A stretch of 26,919 nucleotides of DNA, from the NCBI GenBank assembly GCA_964035545.1, contig CAXIUT010000302.1, positions 1-26,919 of the forward strand. Direction: 5' to 3'. Both the position numbers and the translations under genes were made by a program. The notes beneath the pieces are model-generated. The model was given only the letters and a program-made list of their open reading frames with translations, did not search any database and had not been told where the DNA came from. Below are positions 1-9,937 of the stretch, piece after piece; the stretch's first letter is position 1, and the number at the start of each line of letters is the position of its first letter. Source of the stretch: Bugula neritina (Eukaryota; Animalia; Bryozoa).

Positions 1-608
1 GGTTAACTCCCGCTGTTCTCTATGCAGCATTTTTTATTTGGTATACCGATCTAGGTGGCCCTCTCAGCGAGGGCGAAATTCAACAATGGCGCCAGACAAT
101 GTCGGACAACGGCATGTCGGCGGAAGGCATTAGCTATTACGGAAAGTTTTTAGAGGAAGATACGGGCCGCCAATTCCTTATGGTCAATGCAATTGATTTG
201 AACGAGAGCCCACCAAATGTTGAAGGAGCTGAACCTGGAGAAACAGCCGAACAATTAATGGGCCGATATATGGAACACATGTTTAAACAGCTGCTGATAC
301 GTGCATCACACCCAGTTATCTTCGGTACGGCGCCCTATACCGCCATTGATATTGTCGGCATAGAAGGCGCGGAAAAGTGGGACCAAGGAGCGATATTCCG
401 CTATCGAAGCCGCCGTACTTTTATGGAAATTGTCTCTAATCCAAATATGTCAAAGAAACATCATTTTAAATTAGCCGCAATGGACAAGACTATTGCCTAC
501 CCTATCGAAACCTCAATCTATCTAGGAGACTTGCGCTTAATACTAGGGCTTTTCTTATTATCAATAACCGCGCTCCTAGACAATTTTTATCTTGCTAGGC
601 GCCGCTAG
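1..608 (+). CDS. Membrane-anchored hypothetical protein, DUF1330-like dimeric alpha/beta barrel; 5'-truncated by the window edge
   Basis: Frame is open from base 3 (LTPAVLYAAFFIWYTDLGGPLSEGEI...) into ORF 99..608. FLMVNAI and WDQGAIFRYRSRRTFMEIVSNP resemble DUF1330-like proteins. Hydrophobic N- and C-terminal segments. Confidence 0.6.
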   Translation, partial: LTPAVLYAAFFIWYTDLGGPLSEGEIQQWRQTMSDNGMSAEGISYYGKFLEEDTGRQFLMVNAIDLNESPPNVEGAEPGETAEQLMGRYMEHMFKQLLIRASHPVIFGTAPYTAIDIVGIEGAEKWDQGAIFRYRSRRTFMEIVSNPNMSKKHHFKLAAMDKTIAYPIETSIYLGDLRLILGLFLLSITALLDNFYLARRR

Positions 609-638
609 ATTTTAATGCCAAACAAGGGTTCATGGGAT

Positions 639-1631
639 TCACCGACCCATAACGTCCATAATCGCTTTTACACATTGCTCGGGTTGCTCCTGTTGTAAAA
701 AGTGGCCTGCATCTGTGATGGTTCGGTGATCTACGCCTTGGCATCCAGGGACTTGTTCCAAGAACCGTTTATCGCCACCAGCCGTGACTGGGTCGTTATC
801 TGAAAACGCCAACATGAATGGTTTTTTAAATTGGCGTAACACCTTCCACGCCTCTTTATTCTCAGGAACCTCAGGTTCGTTTTTAAAAATTGGGACCAGC
901 GTTGGGAACTGACGCGCCCCTGCCATATAAGTTTGGTCAGGGAATGGTGCTTCATAAGCGATTCTAGCCTCTGGAGCTAGCCCTCCGCGTGCGGTACCCC
1001 CCATCACATCCCCGATGGAAAAATTAGGGCTCTTTGCACAATATTTTCGCCAATACAAAAAGCCGGGTATGCCTTTCTTCGCGCGAAACTTTTGCGCTAA
1101 TTCTTCGGCATCTACAACTTTGATAAACGGATAAATCCATTGTAAAACCTTCCCGATCATCGTTGGAATGATGCCAGCCGGCAAGCCGCCATTAGCCAAG
1201 ACCACTTGGCTGAAGCGTTCCGGAAAAGCCGCTACTAAGCGCAAGCCGATTAAACTTCCCCAATCCTGAAAAAACACGGTCACATCTTTTAAATCCAATT
1301 GAGTAAGCCAATCGCTCATCCACGCAACATGACGCGCATAAGTATAATCTTCGCGACGTTTAGGTTTGTCCGATTTCCCAAAGCCGATTAAATCTGGAAC
1401 GACAACCCTAAACCCAGCATCAACCAATAAAGGAATCATGAAACGATACAGATAAGACCAGACTGGCTGACCATGCATAAGTAAAACCACCTCACCATCA
1501 CGCGGGCCTTCATCCAAATAATGAACTCTTAAGCTTCCACCTTCGGTGTCGTCAACATCTAAATAGTTCGGCGAAAACGGGTAATCCGCTAAGTTACTAA
1601 ATTGTTCGTCTGGCGTACGTAAGAATTCCAT
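639..1631 (-). CDS. Haloalkane dehalogenase, HLD-I (DhlA/DhmA-like) alpha/beta hydrolase
   Basis: N-terminus MEFLRTPDEQFSNLADYPF, HGQP oxyanion motif, PDLIGFGKSDKP, nucleophile elbow QDWG, acid in FSDNDPV, catalytic His in AGHFLQQE. Confidence 0.9.
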   Translation of the reverse strand: MEFLRTPDEQFSNLADYPFSPNYLDVDDTEGGSLRVHYLDEGPRDGEVVLLMHGQPVWSYLYRFMIPLLVDAGFRVVVPDLIGFGKSDKPKRREDYTYARHVAWMSDWLTQLDLKDVTVFFQDWGSLIGLRLVAAFPERFSQVVLANGGLPAGIIPTMIGKVLQWIYPFIKVVDAEELAQKFRAKKGIPGFLYWRKYCAKSPNFSIGDVMGGTARGGLAPEARIAYEAPFPDQTYMAGARQFPTLVPIFKNEPEVPENKEAWKVLRQFKKPFMLAFSDNDPVTAGGDKRFLEQVPGCQGVDHRTITDAGHFLQQEQPEQCVKAIMDVMGR

Positions 1632-1739
1632 AATGCTGAAGGCTCCTGATTTTAGATAACCGCCTTAGGCAGTTTCTTAATTGACGTTATTGTATCTCTA
1701 GATGTAAGTAGGGTTCTGTCAGTCACGGTTCAACTTCTG

Positions 1740-2849
1740 TCAGTTATGACTCAATAGAGACACCATCTGTCCACGGCTGCCGGACACTTTGTTATTCAAA
1801 ATATCTAGCCATAAAGACTGTAAAGACTCGACGTCTTTGGTCCATTCCATGGTCATTTTCTCTGCTACGCTGACCGCTATCTGAGCGCTCGACTCTGCGG
1901 CTTTAGCCATAACTACGCCTGGACCCCAGTCTGTGTCACGTTTAGCAATCTGGCTTGGGGCAAAAAAGAACCTCGGCTTTGCTCCTGGTAAGCTCTCAGG
2001 CCGCCCACCTTCTTGCCAGTGCGTGCCGCCCACAATACAACTCTCGACAAGGTTTTCACCACAGTGGTTGTGAAGAGCTTGAGTCAGGTTAACATCGCCT
2101 GACATATCAACATAGGCCGTGGGCTTGCTTGCATCAATTTGACCTTCAGAACCGTATTCAATAATTTGATCGCAACACCCCATGCTTTCAACGAACTCTA
2201 CATTAGCCGAAGAGGTAACCCCAATCACCAAGCGCGAATGACTTGGATCTTTGCTCAGGATTTGCGCTAAGCCAAACCCCGTCTTAGAGGAAACAGACCC
2301 GATCACAATTTGTTCCGCGCCAAAAAATTCATTGTCTGTTAAATAATCTGAGATCACATATGAAGTGATGAATAACGGAAAAAATAGACAACGTTCGTTT
2401 TCCATGTCGGTCAAAAATTCCGGCTCTGCCTTTGTCCGACGATATTGATTGTACAAAGCGGGCAATTGTTGACGGTGAGCGGCCACGTCGGTGAATTGAT
2501 CGTGCGCTATATTTCCGGGTCGCAAATCAACATGGCTGGCCATTGGAAAAAACCCATAAAGGCGTTCTCCCACAGGTATGTCAGCGCAATTTGATTCAAC
2601 AATATCTGCACAACCCCAGACCGGTACTTTCACCCAATTCTCCTCGGCGGGATAATAAGCCCAGTATCCTATTGAACCTCCAGTCACCGCATAGCTCACA
2701 TTATTGGAGGTTAAACCAAATTTATCGATCGCAAGCCGAACCTCGCCCGCTTGAAGCGGAGGGAGTGTACGCTCTACGATCTTTGATTGCCGAATATCAT
2801 CTCGATCTACCCAAAATTCATTGCTGCAAAATTCGTTGCTCATTTTCAA
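1740..2849 (-). CDS. DUF2855 family protein (MDR-like fold)
   Basis: FGLTSNNVSYA..G..IGYW.YYP, VPVWGCA, GERLYGFFPM, FPLFITSY, SVSSKT and FFFAP match my recollection of DUF2855. Confidence 0.8.
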   Translation of the reverse strand: MKMSNEFCSNEFWVDRDDIRQSKIVERTLPPLQAGEVRLAIDKFGLTSNNVSYAVTGGSIGYWAYYPAEENWVKVPVWGCADIVESNCADIPVGERLYGFFPMASHVDLRPGNIAHDQFTDVAAHRQQLPALYNQYRRTKAEPEFLTDMENERCLFFPLFITSYVISDYLTDNEFFGAEQIVIGSVSSKTGFGLAQILSKDPSHSRLVIGVTSSANVEFVESMGCCDQIIEYGSEGQIDASKPTAYVDMSGDVNLTQALHNHCGENLVESCIVGGTHWQEGGRPESLPGAKPRFFFAPSQIAKRDTDWGPGVVMAKAAESSAQIAVSVAEKMTMEWTKDVESLQSLWLDILNNKVSGSRGQMVSLLSHN

Positions 2850-2866
2850 TTCGCCCTAGGAAATTC

Positions 2867-3157
2867 TTAAACTGCGTCCAACACTTCAATATCCGGTGCA
2901 CCAGCCACCATTCCTGCTAAGCTAATATTGGCTGCTTTGAAGTAATCTGTTTGCCCATGGGCTGTAAGATCATCAGCAGACTTGTATTGCTCGAGTACCT
3001 TATAAGTTTGTGGATCAGCTTTACTACGGTGCAATGCATAGAAGACACAACCTTCTTCATTTGCCAGAACCTGTTCTGCTAAACCCGCAAAGACCGCTTC
3101 AAACTCTTCATTCTTACCATCTTGCACTTTAATTGTTGCGATTACTCCAATAGCCAT
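2867..3157 (-). CDS. Antibiotic biosynthesis monooxygenase (ABM) family / putative quinol monooxygenase
   Basis: 96 aa; EEGCVFYALHR...YKVLEQYKS..DL.AH.QT.YF is the ABM pattern. Confidence 0.88.
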   Translation of the reverse strand: MAIGVIATIKVQDGKNEEFEAVFAGLAEQVLANEEGCVFYALHRSKADPQTYKVLEQYKSADDLTAHGQTDYFKAANISLAGMVAGAPDIEVLDAV

Positions 3158-3386
3158 AATTACTTCCTAATGTCGTGAGTGAATATTTAATTGAAAACTA
3201 ATTCTACTTAACTTAAGCAAACCCCGCTGTATTCCATGTGACTCGAAACACAACTAGTTGCGAATTTTATATTTATCGAATTAATGTAAGTTAATACGCC
3301 AGCTCTATTTCTAGTTTTGAATCACATAATGTCACAATTTATGTTATATATTTATATAAATCACTTCTCATAGAATAGCCAATCAT

Positions 3387-4229
3387 ATGACCGATAACAC
3401 TGAATACATGCCACCAAAGGTTTGGAAATGGAACAAGGATAGCGGCGGCAGGTTTGCAGCTATTAATCGACCTATCGCGGGTGCCACTCACGAACAAGAT
3501 TTACCAATAGGTGAACACCCACTACAGCTTTACTCTCTGGGAACACCAAACGGAGTGAAGGTCACAGTATTACTCGAAGAACTATTGGCTCTCGGGCATC
3601 AAGGTGCAGAATATGACGCATGGATTATAAACATCCAGGAAGGTGCTCAATTCAGTAGCGGGTTCGTCAATGCAAACCCAAATTCAAAAATCCCTGCGCT
3701 TATGGACCACAGCGGTGAAAGCCCAGTTCGAGTATTTGAATCGGGCGCTATCATGATGTATCTAGCCGAGAAATTCGGTGAACTCTTGCCATCCTCAGGC
3801 GCAGATCGTGCAGAGTGCCTTTCGTGGTTATTTTGGAATATTGGCAGCGCGCCATTTCTAGGTGGTGGCTTTGGTCATTTCTACGCCTACGCACCTGAAA
3901 AACTGGAATACCCTATAGATCGATATGCGATGGAAGTTAAGCGACAATTGGATGTGCTAGATCGAAATTTGGCCGAACGCCAATATCTATGTGGCGACTA
4001 TTATACGATCGCGGATATTGCCAATGTGCCATGGTATGGGTCGCTAGTGGCCGGAAAGCTCTATGAGAGTGAGGAGTTTTTGGACGTGGCTTCCTATAAA
4101 AATGTTCTGCGCTGGAACGACGAAATTCAGCAACGAGAAGCGGTAAAGCGTGGTCAACGAGTTAATCGAGTCTGGGGAGCACCAGAGTCGCAGCTGGCAG
4201 AACGACACAGCGCTAGCGATCTAGACTAA
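3387..4229 (+). CDS. yghU: Glutathione-dependent disulfide-bond oxidoreductase (nu-class GST)
   Basis: YMPPKVWKW, INRPIAGATH, LQLYSLGTPNGVKV, NPNSKIPAL, FESGAI, GGGFGHFYAYAP and C-terminal ERHSASD are hallmark YghU segments. Confidence 0.95.
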   Translation: MTDNTEYMPPKVWKWNKDSGGRFAAINRPIAGATHEQDLPIGEHPLQLYSLGTPNGVKVTVLLEELLALGHQGAEYDAWIINIQEGAQFSSGFVNANPNSKIPALMDHSGESPVRVFESGAIMMYLAEKFGELLPSSGADRAECLSWLFWNIGSAPFLGGGFGHFYAYAPEKLEYPIDRYAMEVKRQLDVLDRNLAERQYLCGDYYTIADIANVPWYGSLVAGKLYESEEFLDVASYKNVLRWNDEIQQREAVKRGQRVNRVWGAPESQLAERHSASDLD

Positions 4230-4340
4230 CAAAAGTTTCGTTGGCTAAATCGCGCCGATATTGATCTAGTCGGCTTTGATTTAAATAGCGCAGGCAAGGC
4301 GCTCTTCTTCAAGGTGGTCTTCTTCTAAGCTAATTGCGCC

Positions 4341-5735
4341 CTAGGCTTGCAATTTTGATTGGAGGTGGCGTTGAATTTCCTTGGCGATAATCCACAGTCG
4401 ATCCTGACCCCACAACGCTACAATCGTATCACCATTAGAGTCTAATAGACGAAAACTAGGTACCCCCCACAAGCCCAGCTCATACATAGACAAACGATTA
4501 ACCTCTAATTCTTCCTGCCATTCATCATTATCGATTACATGCTTGGCTTCTTGCCAATCCAAGCCAGCTCGCTCGACTACCTTTTTCATTCCTCTATTGT
4601 TATTAGTATTCACGGCATCAACCCATGCACATTTGATAAACGAGGAAAATAATTCGTTAGCTTTGCCCTCTTTTTTGGCCCATGACAGCAAAGAATATGC
4701 ACGTCGGGCTGGTTCGCCAATGGGGTCATAACAAGGCCCAAAAGGAACTCCAGCGGCTCTGGCTTCACGGCCTGTATCAAACAAAATGTACATCCCTTTT
4801 TCACGCGTCGCGGGCACTCCTCGCATCACCATGGGCAATACAGGGCGGACATTTAAGTTTACTCCTGTCTGCTCAGCCAGAGTCAGAGTTTGATCAAACA
4901 CTACCGCCGTATAGGGGCTGCGCAGCGATGGATATATCTCGAGGGTTAGCTCACCTTTATCTTTGAGAGGCCCGGTATCTATCTTAGGTCTTGGGGCTAT
5001 TAACGGTTCACCCGGGGTGCTATCCAAACCGAGTTCTATCAAACGTTGCTCTAAGTGATAAAGACGGTCTACTCCCCAATACCACTCTCCTGCATAGTAG
5101 AACGTAGCACTTGAATAATGTTTCAACTCAGCTCGACGTGCATTGCCAGCCTCAATTAAATCAATACTCCGCTCGCTGGAAGATTCGCCCAACTCACTTG
5201 CAAGGTCATCAAGCTTTATAGAATCTCCCGCCCATAGAGCAGTACTGATAGCGGCAATGTTTGTAACACAGGGTTCAGCGCTACTTTCTTTGTCTAACTG
5301 ATTTGCAAAAATGGCCCTAGCCTTGTCAACCAACTTTTTTTCAACAGGCGCATCATGCTGCAAGAATGTTAATCCGTAATAAGGAGCAATATGGAATGCG
5401 TCGTAGCGCGACAAGCTCAAAAGTAGATCTGGCTCGGGCGCGTTATCTCCCTCAGCCTCGCTCACTAAATGGCACTTTAGCCCAATCTGATATCGGGTAG
5501 AAAACCTCTCTAAGATCTGAGCTGAAAGGTGACTATACCCATCATCCACTTGATGAAAATATTCTACTTCGTGTGCGGCACCATTTTTCGATCGCTCAGC
5601 TTCAGCCTTCTGTCTATTTTTCAATAGGCGCGCTTCACTAGACATAGTTGTCATCATCTTAGAAGTAAGCCATCGAAGGATAGGGTTAGGATCCATCGTG
5701 GCAGCGCCACCTTGTTCTTTAAATTGTTGGCTCAT
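4341..5735 (-). CDS. DsbA-like/2-hydroxychromene-2-carboxylate isomerase (kappa GST) family protein with two tandem domains
   Basis: Domain 1 runs YFHQVDDGYSHL...WYWGVDRL. Domain 2 runs IYPSLRSPYT...GLWGVPSF...LWGQDRL. Confidence 0.85.
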   Translation of the reverse strand: MSQQFKEQGGAATMDPNPILRWLTSKMMTTMSSEARLLKNRQKAEAERSKNGAAHEVEYFHQVDDGYSHLSAQILERFSTRYQIGLKCHLVSEAEGDNAPEPDLLLSLSRYDAFHIAPYYGLTFLQHDAPVEKKLVDKARAIFANQLDKESSAEPCVTNIAAISTALWAGDSIKLDDLASELGESSSERSIDLIEAGNARRAELKHYSSATFYYAGEWYWGVDRLYHLEQRLIELGLDSTPGEPLIAPRPKIDTGPLKDKGELTLEIYPSLRSPYTAVVFDQTLTLAEQTGVNLNVRPVLPMVMRGVPATREKGMYILFDTGREARAAGVPFGPCYDPIGEPARRAYSLLSWAKKEGKANELFSSFIKCAWVDAVNTNNNRGMKKVVERAGLDWQEAKHVIDNDEWQEELEVNRLSMYELGLWGVPSFRLLDSNGDTIVALWGQDRLWIIAKEIQRHLQSKLQA

Positions 5736-5853
5736 AATTAATAAATGTGAAAAAGAATTGGATGAACTCTAAACTTGATACCATTAGCACGGTCGATACC
5801 TTTGCAATTAATTTGCAAACTATTATCATAACATATGTCGCTTTATTCTAATC

Positions 5854-6750
5854 ATGGGGTACTCAACAATGAGTGTGTCAGAAACAATGCCTTATCAAAA
5901 GAGATTTTCGGAAGTTAATAAAAGACAAATTGCCTACATTGATGAAGGCGAAGGTGATCCGATAGTCTTGCTACATGGAAACCCGACCTCATCATTCTTA
6001 TGGCGAAACGTCATACCTGAACTATTAGAATCAGGGCGAGTGATCGCGCCAGATCTCATTGGCCAAGGTGACTCAGAAAAACTGCCTGCCGACCAAGGCC
6101 CAAGGCGCTACTCGCTAGAAGTAGCCTATGACTATGTGGACGGTTTACTTAAAGCCATTGAGGCCACCCGAAATGTGACCTTGGTAGTACACGATTGGGG
6201 GAGCGCTATAGGTTTTCTTTGGGCCATGCGCAATGCTTCTAAGGTAAAATCTATCGCATACATGGAAGGCATTGTTAAACCGCTGACCTGGGCTGATTGG
6301 CCTGAAAGCGCTGTGGGCGTTTTCAAGGGGTTTCGCTCAGAGAAAGGCGAAGACATGATTCTGCAACGAAATATGTTTATTGAAGGTGTACTACCGAGCT
6401 CTATTATGCGGCAGCTTAGTGAAACGGAGATGAATGCTTACCGCGCACCATTTCTTACTGCTGAAGATCGGCAACCCACGCTTAATTGGCCTCGCCAAAT
6501 TCCCATCGACGGAGAACCTGCCGAGGTTGTTACACTGGTTGAGCAATATGGATCTTTCATGGCCGATAGCCCCATTCCTAAGCTATTTATTAACGCAGAA
6601 CCGGGGTCGATTTTAGTAGGCTCGCAGAGAGATTTTTGCAGAACTTGGCCCAATCAACAGGAGGTCACCGTTAAGGGTACTCACTTTATCCAAGAGGATT
6701 CGCCCTTAGAGATTGGGCAAGCCATAGCTTCTTGGTTGAAAACAATATAA
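5854..6750 (+). CDS. Haloalkane dehalogenase, HLD-II (LinB/DhaA-like)
   Basis: HGNPTSSFLWRN, APDLIGQGDS, VHDWG, YMEGI (catalytic Glu), PTLNWPRQIPI, GTHFIQEDSP. The true start may be a few codons downstream (MSVSETM). Confidence 0.92.
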   Translation: MGYSTMSVSETMPYQKRFSEVNKRQIAYIDEGEGDPIVLLHGNPTSSFLWRNVIPELLESGRVIAPDLIGQGDSEKLPADQGPRRYSLEVAYDYVDGLLKAIEATRNVTLVVHDWGSAIGFLWAMRNASKVKSIAYMEGIVKPLTWADWPESAVGVFKGFRSEKGEDMILQRNMFIEGVLPSSIMRQLSETEMNAYRAPFLTAEDRQPTLNWPRQIPIDGEPAEVVTLVEQYGSFMADSPIPKLFINAEPGSILVGSQRDFCRTWPNQQEVTVKGTHFIQEDSPLEIGQAIASWLKTI

Positions 6751-6765
6751 ATAAGAGGAAATCAA

Positions 6766-7083
6766 ATGTCCGAAATACCTGTCTTCATGATCGCAAACCT
6801 CGTCCCAAATGAGGATTCTGGTGAATACAATATTTACGAAAAGGGGTTCTTCCCTTTGCTCAAGAAACACGGCGGTTCATTCGTCACGTTTGACGATAAC
6901 ATCAAGCACATGGAAGGCACCGAACCACGGCCTGGCAGAATGATTATTTTTCAATTCCCGTCTGAGCATGCCGCTGAGGCTTGGTACAACGACCCAGAGT
7001 ATCAAGCGTTGTCAGAACATCGAAGAGCCGGGGCCGAACTAAAATCGTTAACGATGGTGCACGGCTTACCTCCTCGCACATAA
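6766..7083 (+). CDS. DUF1330 family protein
   Basis: HGG.FV...MEG....GRMIIFQFPS..AAEAWYNDPEYQAL..HR; SD-like AGAGGA upstream. Confidence 0.88.
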   Translation: MSEIPVFMIANLVPNEDSGEYNIYEKGFFPLLKKHGGSFVTFDDNIKHMEGTEPRPGRMIIFQFPSEHAAEAWYNDPEYQALSEHRRAGAELKSLTMVHGLPPRT

Positions 7084-7168
7084 AGAATATTGATTAAATA
7101 CTTAGATAGCCCTATCGTAAGCTACTCTAAAAATTCACATCTAACGCCCTATTTGGCGGGTTGTACCT

Positions 7169-7966
7169 ATGAAAGATTTGTTTAACGTTAAAGGAAAAGT
7201 CATCGTCATTACCGGAGGCTCACGTGGCATTGGCGCAATGATGGCCCAGGGGTTCCTTGAGAACGGTGCTCGAGTTTATATTACTGCTCGCAAAGAGGCC
7301 GAACTTAAAGAAGCGGAAACCGAGCTCAGCAAACTGGGGAGTTGTACAGCCATACGTTCTGATTTAGCCAGCTATGAGGGAGTTGTAGCCTTTGCTGACG
7401 CTATAAAAGCGCATGAAGATAAAGTCGATGTCCTTATAAATAATGCCGGCGCGTCTTGGGGAGCACCCTTTGATGATTTCACCGAAGCAAATTGGGATAA
7501 AGTCATGGACTTAAATGTAAAGTCTCTGTTTTTTCTCACTCAGCAATTAGCATCAGCACTTAGGGCAGCCGCTAGCGAAGAAGACCCAGCTCGAGTAATC
7601 AACATCGCTTCAATCAATGGCCTGACTCATCCAGGTATGCAAACCTATTCTTACTCTTCTAGTAAGGCGGCGGTCATTCATTTAACTAAGCATCTTGCCG
7701 TCGACCTTGCTGATGACAACATCAATGTTAACGGGATCGCCCCAGGATTTTTCCCAAGTAATATGACTGCTTTTATGGCGCAAGATAAAGAGCTTCTTGC
7801 CAAACTGAAAAAGAGTATCCCACGGGGCCGAATGGGAGACCCTAAAGATGCCGCGGGGACCGCTATCTATCTTTCATCAAGAGCAAGCGCTTTTATGACA
7901 GGCAACACCATCGTACTCGATGGCGGGCAAGTGGCTGGGGCGGGCTCTAAAGATGTAGCCCACTAA
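7169..7966 (+). CDS. Short-chain dehydrogenase/reductase (RhlG/FabG-like)
   Basis: TGGSRGIG, NNAG, INIAS, YSSSK (YxxxK), IAPGFFPS. Confidence 0.93.
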   Translation: MKDLFNVKGKVIVITGGSRGIGAMMAQGFLENGARVYITARKEAELKEAETELSKLGSCTAIRSDLASYEGVVAFADAIKAHEDKVDVLINNAGASWGAPFDDFTEANWDKVMDLNVKSLFFLTQQLASALRAAASEEDPARVINIASINGLTHPGMQTYSYSSSKAAVIHLTKHLAVDLADDNINVNGIAPGFFPSNMTAFMAQDKELLAKLKKSIPRGRMGDPKDAAGTAIYLSSRASAFMTGNTIVLDGGQVAGAGSKDVAH

Positions 7967-8269
7967 CCAGAACATGGTCACTAACGCAAACTATCTGGCC
8001 GCAATTTCTGGATTGGCTTACTCTTAGTAACTGGCTACCATAATACTTAAAAACCTCTGACACCACGGTAAGGCGTACTCATAAGACAGTACATTTTCTG
8101 GGATTCATTTGGCCGATCACCTTTGATCGAAACACGAGAAGGCGCTATTCAAGCTGAACTATAGCCGACTCCGATGGGACAAAAAGATTATGGATAAGAT
8201 CGTGAAACAATGTGAATTGTGTAACGCTTTGATAAGCGTGGCCACACATGATCGTGGTATAAGAGGGCG

Positions 8270-9937
8270 ATGAAGCCCCCCTTCCATGTACAGGACGTTA
8301 TTGACTCGGTTATTGCCTCTGGGGTCTTAGGTGCGTCAGAACAACAACTAACCCTACTCCAATACTTGGTAGAACAATCTCTGGATGGCCAAGCGGGTAA
8401 GGTTAACGAATACACAATTGCGCTGGATGCATTCAAACTTTCGACAAATTTCGATTCTGCCCAGAATAGTTCAGTAAGAGTAGAGTTACACAGGTTAAGA
8501 AAAAACCTAAAGATTTATAATTCGAGCGATTCTAAGTTTACTCTCTCGCTCCCTCCTAGAAGCTATGAGCTAAAAGTTGATCTTAGAGAAGATGAGTTAA
8601 ATTCCGATGCTAAAACAGATCAAGCGTTGACTATACCAAAGCCCCTGATACTCACTCTGTTAACTCTGACTTTGCTTGGTGTTGCCTATTTTGCGATAAA
8701 ATCAAATAGCGCTAGTAAGGCAAATTATTGTTCGGAAGACCGCCCAGTGCTACTCATAGGTGACTTATTGCCCGGCGAAGGCTCTATGGCAGAGCATTCA
8801 TTCTACAAAAATGGCTTAAATCGCCAATTCAAGCGTTTCTTAGAACAATATAAAACCTTGTTATTAACGAGCGAAACTGTGTCGTGCAAGAAAGCAGCGA
8901 CACCAGTATACGAACTCAATATCAAGCTCTTGGATCGACCCGGAAAACCAAACACGAGTAACAGAACATCCAACATACATATCGATGTTGAGGATGCTGA
9001 ATCAGGGTCTATTGTTTATTCCCATGAAATTATTGATGTATCTGAGTTGTCTGGCTCATCTCTACGCTTGGCCGGAGCGGCCTATGAAATAGCTCAACAA
9101 GAAAGCGTAATTATGACTCACGCACTCACTAAAAGCTGGGAAAATAAAAATGCCTTGTCACAGCACCAATGTGTAACTGTTGCCCATGAATTTCACAGTG
9201 GCGGCGGAGACTCTGCCTGGAACAAGGCCCTCGATTGCCTCGTTTCTTATTACGAGGCCGGCAACTATATATGGGAAGTTCCCGCTGCACTCTCCACTCT
9301 CTATCTTTTGCAAGTAAGAAATGCATTTGCGCACTCAGTCGACAATCCACTTGAGCATCTATTGCTCACTCATGAGTCGGCGCAGAACCTTAGCCCATTT
9401 GCGGCCGACGTGCTGAACATGGATGTACGAATTAAAAGTTTTCTGAAAACCAAAATCAACCAAAGTGAAGGCCGAAAGGCCATTACGAAAACATTGGAGA
9501 TGCAACCCTTTAATCCACGCGCACTTTCACAGATGAGCCAAATACTAGGCTTCTTTTACGGAGAATGGGAAACTTCTTTAGCTTTGCTAGACCGACTTAA
9601 CCAGATTGAAAGGAATGATTTGGAAGCTTGGAATTGGATAGAAGTGATGAACAACTTGCTGAATGAAGATCCACAATCTGCCTATGATGAGATTATCGAA
9701 ATTGATTTTGACGGACAGTCATGGGGATACCTAATTCAGTGGATCTTAGCTAATCGAGTTGGCAGCAACCAAGCTAACTACTATCGGAACCTTCTTGCTA
9801 ATCAAGGGTTTGATACCAATGACAAGCTCGTAGCCTATGTAATTGAGCGCGGCTACCACGCTTCTATTACCAATAAAATGCTCCGTGACATCTGTGCCCC
9901 ATTCAAATATGAAAATCAGCGCTGTACTCAGCAATAG
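8270..9937 (+). CDS. Putative membrane-anchored one-component regulator: N-terminal OmpR-type winged helix, one TM helix, helical/TPR-like C-terminal domain
   Basis: LLQYLVEQSLDG.AGKVNEYTIALDAF...NFD..QNSSVRVELHRLRKNL resembles the wHTH N-terminus of TolB-like/TPR regulators. TM segment LILTLLTLTLLGVAYFAI. The rest is Leu/Ala-rich and helical. Confidence 0.65.
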   Translation: MKPPFHVQDVIDSVIASGVLGASEQQLTLLQYLVEQSLDGQAGKVNEYTIALDAFKLSTNFDSAQNSSVRVELHRLRKNLKIYNSSDSKFTLSLPPRSYELKVDLREDELNSDAKTDQALTIPKPLILTLLTLTLLGVAYFAIKSNSASKANYCSEDRPVLLIGDLLPGEGSMAEHSFYKNGLNRQFKRFLEQYKTLLLTSETVSCKKAATPVYELNIKLLDRPGKPNTSNRTSNIHIDVEDAESGSIVYSHEIIDVSELSGSSLRLAGAAYEIAQQESVIMTHALTKSWENKNALSQHQCVTVAHEFHSGGGDSAWNKALDCLVSYYEAGNYIWEVPAALSTLYLLQVRNAFAHSVDNPLEHLLLTHESAQNLSPFAADVLNMDVRIKSFLKTKINQSEGRKAITKTLEMQPFNPRALSQMSQILGFFYGEWETSLALLDRLNQIERNDLEAWNWIEVMNNLLNEDPQSAYDEIIEIDFDGQSWGYLIQWILANRVGSNQANYYRNLLANQGFDTNDKLVAYVIERGYHASITNKMLRDICAPFKYENQRCTQQ

